A stretch of DNA of 63,531 nucleotides, the filler included, from Aduncisulcus paluster (lineage: Eukaryota): assembly GCA_024181965.1 (NCBI GenBank). It is 9 parts of 9 records of this genome, joined end to end, with 100 filler letters (N's around TTAATTAATTAA, not from the genome) between each part and the next. Parts side by side here need not be neighbours in the genome. Positions count along the whole stretch, not along the records: positions 29,966 to 55,409 come from BQXS01009742.1; positions 55,510 to 57,772 come from BQXS01009743.1; positions 57,873 to 60,830 come from BQXS01009745.1; 6 more parts are not named here. The stretch is one strand, 5' to 3'. This document shows, in pieces, positions 52,531 through 60,930 of the stretch. The first letter of the stretch is position 1. Each line of letters opens with the position of its first letter. The translations under genes were made by a program, and so were the position numbers. The notes under the pieces are model-generated. The model had not been told where the DNA came from. It did not search any database and saw only the letters and a program-made list of their open reading frames with translations.

Positions 52531-52789
52531 TATCATTTTTTCGATCATAATTATTTTTAATATGGAAGACTTGATGCGTATTACCCATATTTTTCTTGGC
52601 AAGTTGGGTGTCAGTTTGATTGACCTTTATTTATTCTAATAATATTGAATCTGAATAAAAATATCAATGATCTCTGTATTATGTCCTTAATTAATTCATT
52701 TTCAATATTTGATCCTTTGCCCACGAAGAAAAACGTTGTTTTGGCCTGTATTCATTCTGAAAACAAACAATTGTTTTTAAATATTTATT

Positions 52790-54667
52790 ATGATTGACAT
52801 TTATCGTGTCATCTTCCTTGTATTATCTATATTATCTTTTTGTTCATATGTTTTCCCATTTTCATCCTCGAATGATGACGAATACGTTGTTGATTGTGTG
52901 AATAATGAAGCCAATCTTGATAAAATTATATTTGAAGGAACTGTTGTAATTCCAACGGGGTGTGAACTCTCCTGTCCTATTATCAATGCCACTGAGCTTG
53001 TTCTCTCTGATGGTGCTTCTTTGACTCAATTAGATGATTCTTCAACGAATAATGATAATGATTTTTCTATTACTATTGTTGTTACGACCCTTACTTTGGG
53101 GATTTCAAGTTTAATTCAATGTGATGGAGAATTGCATGTTACAAGTGATTATATAACAGGATCAGGTGAATTGACCTCATCATTAGATTTTTATTTTATT
53201 GGTCAACCCGAAATGACGGTTGATACTCTCAGTATTGGGACCGGTAACAATTTGTATGGTGATATCAAATCCATTTCAGCCGAAGATTTAAATTTTACAG
53301 CAATTATAGGGATGGAAATGTCTGTTTTATCGTCAATTTCCGCCCAAGAACTCTCATTTAACTTTTTTATAAAAAATATACTAACATTTAACGATCTTTC
53401 GTGTCATTCCCTTGAAATTACATCTGAAAACTTTCTTATTGATATAACACTCAATGAAAAGGATGATCCTGCAGTCATTGCGTCAGAATTTACATTTTCA
53501 TTGTATGATTATGCTGTTACTCTCCATTCTGAAGAACTCTCTATCTCTGGCAGTGTTACTGGTGAAGGTGGTCCAGCGACTCTTTCAGCGGGTCAAAATG
53601 GGATCATATTTGACTCAAAAATCTCTGTGTATTGTGATGTTGTCATTAGTAAGATGGAAAGTGTGATATTTTACAAATCATTGACCATAACTCCCAATGA
53701 TCTTTCTTCCTCCACCCAAGCCGTTCTTTCGATAACAGACACTCATATCATTGAAATGGCCAATACGAGAGTCCTTGGATTGCCCTCAGGTCAAGGTCCA
53801 GGATGTCCCCTGAAGATTGGTGTTGGTGCCAGTCATGGTGGTAAAGGTGGGAAGCCTACCAACGTTGACGACAGTGCAATAAGAGATACATACGGGTCAC
53901 CACATGCGCCCGCATCTGGCAGTGGGGCTGGGTCGTTGGGAGGTGAAGGAGGTGGTTATGTCAAGTTCTCTGGTGACCCTGACCTTGATGATAGTTCCCT
54001 ATACCTCGGTGGAACTCTCTCTGTCGCTGGCGTGTGTGGAGTGTGCGATGGAGTCATGTGTGGAGGGGGTGGGAGTGGAGGTGGAGTGCTTTTCGATATT
54101 CCTATCATCACTGCTGCCTCAAAGAGTACAAGTGTTGATGCGTCGGGAGGGGATGGGGGTGCAGCCTCAAATTACTCCCAGAGTGGCGGTGGAGGTGCTG
54201 GCGGAGGGTACGTTGCTTTTTCGGAGAATGTGGTGACTGTTGGATCATTCATCATCGACGTGAGTGGAGGTGCTGGTTCTGGTCAAAACAAACAGGATAT
54301 TGGCTCTGAAGGTGAGCGAGGTGTGATATATAGTGGATCTTTGTGCAACGACTCCCTTGAAATGTATGATAGCACTTCATGCATCGACCCAAGTTCAAAG
54401 AAAGTGAAGAAACTGCCTGCTTGGGCGTGGATGATGATCATCATGGGTGGAGTACTCCTTGTCCTCATTATAATGTCTCTCATTTTATATATAAAACGAA
54501 ATAATGAGAAATATCTTGACTTGGTAGAGGAAGAGGGCGTGAATCTCAGTGTGAGTTATCTTCGAAGAGATAGAGAAAAGGCTCTAAATATCGATTATTC
54601 ACAATATAATGTCCATGGAAGAAGAGACAGTGAAATGAGTTTATTAAGTGATTCTTCTCTCCAGTAA
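52790..54667 (+). CDS. Type I membrane protein with a beta-strand-rich and Gly-rich ectodomain
   Basis: Signal peptide; GASHGGKGG...YGSP..P.SGSG / GGGGSGG motifs; transmembrane helix WAWMMIIMGGVLLVLIIMSLILYI followed by KR. Confidence 0.85.
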   Translation: MIDIYRVIFLVLSILSFCSYVFPFSSSNDDEYVVDCVNNEANLDKIIFEGTVVIPTGCELSCPIINATELVLSDGASLTQLDDSSTNNDNDFSITIVVTTLTLGISSLIQCDGELHVTSDYITGSGELTSSLDFYFIGQPEMTVDTLSIGTGNNLYGDIKSISAEDLNFTAIIGMEMSVLSSISAQELSFNFFIKNILTFNDLSCHSLEITSENFLIDITLNEKDDPAVIASEFTFSLYDYAVTLHSEELSISGSVTGEGGPATLSAGQNGIIFDSKISVYCDVVISKMESVIFYKSLTITPNDLSSSTQAVLSITDTHIIEMANTRVLGLPSGQGPGCPLKIGVGASHGGKGGKPTNVDDSAIRDTYGSPHAPASGSGAGSLGGEGGGYVKFSGDPDLDDSSLYLGGTLSVAGVCGVCDGVMCGGGGSGGGVLFDIPIITAASKSTSVDASGGDGGAASNYSQSGGGGAGGGYVAFSENVVTVGSFIIDVSGGAGSGQNKQDIGSEGERGVIYSGSLCNDSLEMYDSTSCIDPSSKKVKKLPAWAWMMIIMGGVLLVLIIMSLILYIKRNNEKYLDLVEEEGVNLSVSYLRRDREKALNIDYSQYNVHGRRDSEMSLLSDSSLQ

Positions 54668-55004
54668 TGTTGTGTGGCCAAACTAACTATAATGCGGTCC
54701 AATTTATTAATAAACAGATCATTGAGCGAATCAATCTATTTTTAGAATGTCCCTGAGAATGGTCACCACAGTTGTCCCATTCCTTATTATATATTCTTGT
54801 GAGCATATATGTGGTTGTATTTGCTCGCTTCTCTCTCCTCGCTTGCTGATATTTAGCTAAATTTTAGCTTTGTGACAGGCTTAGTAAAGCGCAGACAAAT
54901 TTATTTTGTTAGCAGGACTGATATTACAATGGTGTAGTAGAACTACGGCAAATTTATTGAATAAACAAAGAACACGAATAAGATCTAAAAATAGACAATG
55001 AGAA

Positions 55005-55194
55005 TGTTATATAAAATTATATAAAATAGTCCTTAAGGGCTATTACACTACTTTCTCCCACCTTTCCATATGTAAAAATAAGCGACGAAGGGAATCGAAC
55101 CCACGCAGCCAACATAGATAGTGGCACCCATGACCAATTGAGCTATAATGGTAATAATTTATAATTTTTGTTTTTTTATACGAATGGTATAACA
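55005..55194 (-). mobile_element. 3' LTR (190 bp) of an LTR retrotransposon whose interior runs off the contig end
   Basis: Termini TGTTATA...TATAACA (7-bp inverted repeat). On the minus strand it is preceded, 4 nt upstream, by a polypurine tract. Confidence 0.7.
55081..55152 (-). ncRNA. tRNA-like (pseudo-tRNA) Pol III unit inside the LTR
   Basis: A box TAGCTCAATTGG (T8=55145), B box GGTTCGATTCC (T54=55099), T5 run at 55078-55074; the acceptor stem does not pair. Confidence 0.7.
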
Positions 55195-55198
55195 TCGA

Positions 55199-55215
55199 TC
55201 TTCCCCCTCCTTCTT
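55199..55215 (-). promoter_or_regulatory. Polypurine tract (plus-strand primer site)
   Basis: AAGAAGGAGGGGGAAGA ends 4 nt before the LTR's TG. Confidence 0.7.
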
Positions 55216-55509
55216 GAAGAGAAATAAAAGTGAAGAGACAACCTTAACAGGCGAATTCAAAACCAACAGTCTAATATATATCTATGATATCCAATATTTC
55301 ACAATAATTGCTTCTTAATAACTTTTGAGAAATGCTCAGATTTTTCTCATCTAACAGAAGTAATAACATATAAAACACGAAGCTCCTTAGCTACAACCTT
55401 ATCAGTGTANNNNNNNNNNNNNNNNNNNNNNNNNNNNNNNNNNNNNNNNNNNNTTAATTAATTAANNNNNNNNNNNNNNNNNNNNNNNNNNNNNNNNNNN
55501 NNNNNNNNN

Positions 55510-57772
55510 CCTAAATATTTCCAATACAAGTGTGTCATCTCTTGTTGAAGCTGGAACTCTGTCAAACCTTGAGACGATCAAATTTCTTGATTGCCATGTT
55601 TCAGATCTCTCTCCATTGTACCATTTGTCGTCCCTCACATCTGTTCATGGAACTGGGAACAATATCTGTGTTGGTTCTGCAGAAACCATAGAAACGATCA
55701 AATTGAAGTTTGTCTCCCATGCCAGCCTTACGCTTGATCTTTGGACAACCTTAAGTACTGACCAAGCCTGTGAATGTTCCTCTGCTGACCTTGGAACGAC
55801 CCCTATCGCTGACAATCTTATATGCAGTGAAACGAAGCATTGGTCTAACACATGGTATGTTGTGTGTGCCAGTGATTCATTCACGTCATACACGTCTGCT
55901 GAGGACTTTACTTGTATCTCCCCTGCTAATGGGGATGGTACGTTTGGATGTACTGGAGGTTGTGAGTATGGTTATGAGTGTAGATATGATTCAACTTCAA
56001 ATTCAACATCGTGTCAGCAAGTAATAGTTGATGATATCCTGCACGATGTTATCTATAGTCTGTTTGGAGGATCCGACTTACATTGTGATACAACAGATCA
56101 AACATTCAGTGTTGCTTCCTTGAAAACTCTCATATCTGTAGAAGATGAAGATGGAAATGTCAGTCCAGAAATCAATACTAATTATCTTGAAGATTTAGTG
56201 AGTAATTTTTCTGGTATTGAACATGTTGGATTCATTACAAAAATGCAATTTTATAATCTTGATATCTCTGAAACGAAAGATCTTGAACCCCTATCAACAC
56301 TTTCTAATCTCAATTATCTCTTTCTGTATGACAGCATTCTTGCTGATTTGGTGGACCCGTTTGATTTGCCTGATTTCACAGGTCTTTCTTCCCTTGAAAC
56401 ATTATTTCTCCAAAATATGCCCTTAACTCTTCCTTCAGATCGGTATGTTCTTCCTTCTACAATTAAAGAATTGGGAATATATAATTCACCTACCGTTCAA
56501 GCTGGTTTTGATAAGAATGTTGGTTACGATTACTTGTCATCCCTTGAATATTTACAATTTGGAGGTGAGAATAATTTGATTACTTCCATTGAATCGTTAT
56601 CAGAGAATCAACTGTCCACTATCATCGGTTTTTACTTCGATGATTATCCCATTTATGATGGGTTTAATGATGTTATTTCTGAAATGACAAGTTTGATAAA
56701 TGTTCGTTTGGCTAATTGCAATCTGCTGACTATTCCTGATCTTTCAAATAGTGCTACTACTTTGACGTACCTTTCCATTTACTCCAATCCCGATATTACT
56801 TCCTTGGTTTCCTTAGCTGAAATGGGATTGTATTCGCTCCAAACTATAATTCTTTTCAGTTGTTCTATCTCTGATATATCCCCATTATATGACTTTCCTA
56901 GTCTTTCAGGTATTTCAATTATCAATAATAAGATCTGTTCTGGAACAAATTCAAGCTCAGATTTAATTGCCAAATTCACACAATCTTCTGTTAGGATTTT
57001 CACAGGATCACAGACCTGCGAATGTTCCTCTGATAGCACTGCAATTGGATACACCGATACCCCGATCACTGACAATATCGTGTGTAGTGAGACTGTACCT
57101 GGATCTGGTTCATGGCATTATGTGTGTTCCAGCCATAGTATTGCATCATACACATCTGTGGATACCTTCGAGTGTCTAGCTCCACTCAACACAGATGGTG
57201 AAACATATGGATGTTCTGGAGGGTGTGAGTATGGATATGAATGTAGATATGTTGATGAATTAACTCAATCCGCCTCTTCATGCTATCCTGTGATCGTCGA
57301 TGAGAACTTACATGCATATGTTGCTGATATGTTTGTGGATTCTGATGGAAATCCTGATTACACTCACAGAACAGATTCCACGCCTTCCCTTTTCAGTGTT
57401 GCTTCATTGAGAACCATTTCCTCCTCAACTCTGTCGAACGATGGTATTTCCCTTTCCAACTCTGATAGGTTTTCCTTGCTCGATGGAATTGAACATATTC
57501 GCTCTCTTACATCCATTTCGTTGCCATATCACAACTTTGTGAGTGCTAATCCATTGGGTTCTCTACATGGTCTTGAGTCCCTTTCCCTTGCCCATAACAT
57601 GTATGGTGCTCCTGAGGATGCTGGTGGGAATGCCATTGAAGGCTTTTCTGATCTGTCGTTCATCTGCTCCCTTCACTCACTCTCCACTCTGACCCTCTCT
57701 TCTGTCACTTCTGTGTCTGCTCTTCCCGACACTTCCGAGTGTGCTGATACGTACACCTCCTTGAGCTCTCTC
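55510..57772 (+). CDS. LRR surface protein with repeated Cys-rich modules, internal fragment
   Basis: LRRs (SDLSPLY.L.SL) alternate with two copies of a module C.CSS...DN..CSET...W..VC...GC.GGCEYGYECRY; open at both contig ends. Confidence 0.85.
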
Positions 57773-57872
57773 NNNNNNNNNNNNNNNNNNNNNNNNNNNN
57801 NNNNNNNNNNNNNNNNTTAATTAATTAANNNNNNNNNNNNNNNNNNNNNNNNNNNNNNNNNNNNNNNNNNNN

Positions 57873-58249
57873 CGTTGAATTTCGACATTTAGTATTTTGC
57901 AAATTGCATTAATTGAAATAAAGTTCTTTGCTGCAAGTTTTGCAATTTCCTTTCTAAACTCTCTTTTTTCGGCGGTTTCTTTGGAAGAACTAGTGCTGAT
58001 ACTTTCATGATGTGATTTTGATGTGATATGAGATACTATTGATCTGAAAGACGCATTTATAGATTTTTCGCATCTAATGCAATAGATTTTGTGATCAGAT
58101 TGTGTTATAAAATGTGACGTTATGTCGGATATGCCCATTTCAATTATCTTCTCTTTTGAAGTTTTCTCCTTACCGCAAAGCAATTTATATTTTCTCCAAA
58201 CCTTCATGCCTTCTCTATCAGTGCTATTGAAGACACGAGAATAATCCAT
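57873..58249 (-). mobile_element. Putative DNA transposase N-terminus (BED/CGGBP1-like zinc finger), truncated
   Basis: IYCIRCEKSIN...IVSHITSKSH followed by EFRKEIAKLAAKNFISINAI, an arrangement like hAT-related transposases; the catalytic domain is not in the window. Confidence 0.5.
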
Positions 58250-59015
58250 TTGTTTTCAAAAAAACAAATTTCAGAAGTGTCATGTGAGTCACAAAATTTT
58301 GTTTCAATTGTGAATGAATATATAGTCAAAACATAATTATTCGTTATAAATTTATTAATCCTATGACTGCTCTATTGATAACATGTATTAATGGGATAAT
58401 TCAAACGGATCAAAAAACATGGAAACACCTTGCAGTGAAGTATAACACCAGGCAGGGGGAAAACAGATAGTGTTAAGAAGTTCCAAACCCGAGTTCAACT
58501 TGAACTGGACTTGAAGTCCCGATGGGGGAACGTATCCAGGTGAGGTCGTCGCTAGAAGCGCTTGGCTTAGAAGGGCATATGATAAATGAGTTAAGACATT
58601 TATCGTAAGAGACTCTTACTAAGTTGTTTAGTACTAGGAGTGTAAGAAAGAAAATATATCAATGATAGATAACGATGGACAGATGTTGTTCGGTTTGATC
58701 AAGACTGCAGTCTTAGACTGACTTTACTTTAAAGACACAAATATAGGAAACCACAAATCATTACCAGAAAATGTTGGAGGGGACCATTAACAACCAAGAG
58801 AAAGGTTTGCCAAACAAAAAGAAACAAATAGAAACGAATTACACAAAATGGCAGACAAATTATCAATTAGCTCAGAGAGCAACAAAAACATCCAAATAAA
58901 AACACCTGTTCCCACATAATCATCGGGAATGTAAGGAAAGTCACACTAAAAATGGGAATACTAACATCATATGAATAGCAATAACATTGCAGATAATGTA
59001 GAACTGTTAACTTGG

Positions 59016-59197
59016 TGTTATGGCCCAAAGATATTATTTTGTACGATTAGCTTGTTATAGTCTAATCGTTAAGGCGTCACCTTGGTGATTGCCTGGTTGT
59101 GGGTTCAAACCCCACCTTGTGTAATTTTATGAAAGTCTGTAAGGAAGACTACAGCCTTGTCATAAGAATGACGTGACAAGTATTGAAGAGAGTAACA
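59016..59197 (+). mobile_element. Putative 5' LTR (182 bp) of the Ty3/gypsy element
   Basis: TGTTA...TAACA termini, ending 76 nt before the gag ATG; size and layout match the LTR at 55005-55194. The partner LTR is not in the window. Confidence 0.6.
59051..59122 (+). ncRNA. tRNA-like (pseudo-tRNA) Pol III unit inside the putative LTR
   Basis: D arm GTCT/AGGC (T8=59058), perfect T arm GTGGG-TTCAAAC-CCCAC (T54=59104), T4 at 59125-59128; no acceptor stem or canonical anticodon arm. Confidence 0.7.
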
Positions 59198-59273
59198 TAT
59201 TATAGTAAATTGTGCTCACCACAAGAATTTTATTTTCCAGGAATATTACAAAATAGCTATTTTAGTTTTATTT

Positions 59274-60830
59274 ATGGAAGTTAAGGTTGTTTTACCAAGA
59301 TTAGCCACCGTGGGACGGGAGGCTTGGAAAAAATTTAAGGAACAATTCCTCAGTTATCAAAAACGAGATGAAGATGCTGAAATAAGGACGTATATGACTG
59401 ATACAGTCTGGACGATCTATCAGGCTCGGACAGGTTTGGCAGATGGAGAGGATTCCGATGTCATTCTTGAGGAAATTGATAAATTATACGGCATTACGAA
59501 CAGATTGACTTGTGTATATGCCTTGGAAGAATTTAAACTGAAAGGAATTACCGAAAAGGAGATCTCTGAGTATGTAATTAACTACCAGCGAGTGATTCGC
59601 TCGGTTACTACGTCTGTGGAGCGCCCTAAGGACGAACAAATTCAGAAATTATTTTTAAAAGGAATTATTAATCCTCGTTTCCGGACTAGAGTCGCGACAG
59701 GATTATCGACTGTTACAGAACCCGAGTTCACCGATGTTATTCGTATTGTGTTCGAGGAAGGTTTGACGGTTGAAGAAGATATCCAGGATATGGCTGGTTA
59801 TGTTACTTCAACTGGAACTACGAAACGTAAGAAAAAATGTCCTGTTTGCGGGAAGATCGGACATGACGAGAGAGATTGTTGGATAAAACACCCTGAGTTG
59901 AAGAAGAAAAAACGCTCTAAAGGTTCAACGGCACCTCGAAGACCGAAGAAACCTCTGTCTGAAATACAATGTTATAAGTGCAGAGAAATGGGCCATTATG
60001 CGAATAATTGTCCAAATGAGAAAAAAGATAGAGAAGAAGGCTCTATTAAAGCACTGGTGGGTGATGGATTACCCACGTATGAGATTATGATCTTTAATGG
60101 AAAAGATCCAAAGAAGACGGTGAAAGCATTGATTGATTCTGGATCGAGCCATTCAGTAATCAGTGAGGAAGTGTTAAGCAGTATGGGAACGGAACTCCAG
60201 CTATTACCTTGTGATGTACTGTTTCATCTGGCTACTGGTGAACCTATTCGTTCAAAAATGCGTGCCAGGATGACAGTCAGGATAAAAGGAGCCATGGGAA
60301 AGTTTTTGCGTTTTACTACCTGGTTCTATGGGATTCCGATGACTAAAGCTGCCACTCCTGTATTACTTGGCCGAGACTTTATTGAAGAAACAGATTGGAA
60401 TCACCTTGCTATTAGAGATCCCGTTGGTTCAACAGTTATTAAAGATGTAGCAGAAGATGGTCTGTTTGAAGACGAAATTAAAAGAGAGGAGGATTCATTG
60501 GTGGAAGGAATTGATAACGAAGAAATAAGAAAGCTTTTGGAGGAGTATGAGGTAGCCATTAAAGATGTAGAATTGTGTCGAGCTCGTCCGTTTAGGATTG
60601 AGTTGAAGGAAAAAGATGTAGTTATTTCCGATGTACCTCGTCGCTTATCACCTAAACGACGTGAAATCTTAGAACAATTACTACAGGAATTATTGGACAA
60701 GAAGTTTATTCGAAGATCAAAATCTCCCTACGCATCTCCAATTGTTTTGGTTCCAAAGAAAAATGGATCGTTTCGACTATGTGTCGACTATCGTGTATTG
60801 AACGAACATATTGTTCCTATTCGTTACCCA
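59274..60830 (+). CDS. Ty3/gypsy retrotransposon Gag-Pol (gag, two CCHC knuckles, aspartic protease, start of RT), truncated
   Basis: CPVCGKIGHDERDC, CYKCREMGHYANNC, LIDSGS, LLGRDF and SPYASPIVLVPKKNGSFRLCVDYRVLN, all in one frame. Confidence 0.95.
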
Positions 60831-60930
60831 NNNNNNNNNNNNNNNNNNNNNNNNNNNNNNNNNNNNNNNNNNNNTTAATTAATTAANNNNNNNNNNNNNN
60901 NNNNNNNNNNNNNNNNNNNNNNNNNNNNNN

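Noticed and set aside
54824-54945. U2 snRNA-like words TCGCTTCTC and GTGTAGTA
   Set aside because: They are about 100 nt apart instead of about 20, and stem I is absent.
55081-59122. The two tRNA-like units as functional tRNA genes
   Set aside because: Neither forms an acceptor stem or a canonical 5-bp/7-nt anticodon arm, so no anticodon can be assigned.
55005-59197. The two LTRs as the paired ends of one element
   Set aside because: They are on different contigs, differ in sequence outside the boxes and termini, and have non-matching flanks (TTCTC versus CTTGG).
18537-60930. Recurrent TTAATTAATTAA within N runs as a biological repeat, and gene neighbourhoods across these runs
   Set aside because: Fixed 100-nt artificial linker joining separate contigs; adjacency across it carries no information.
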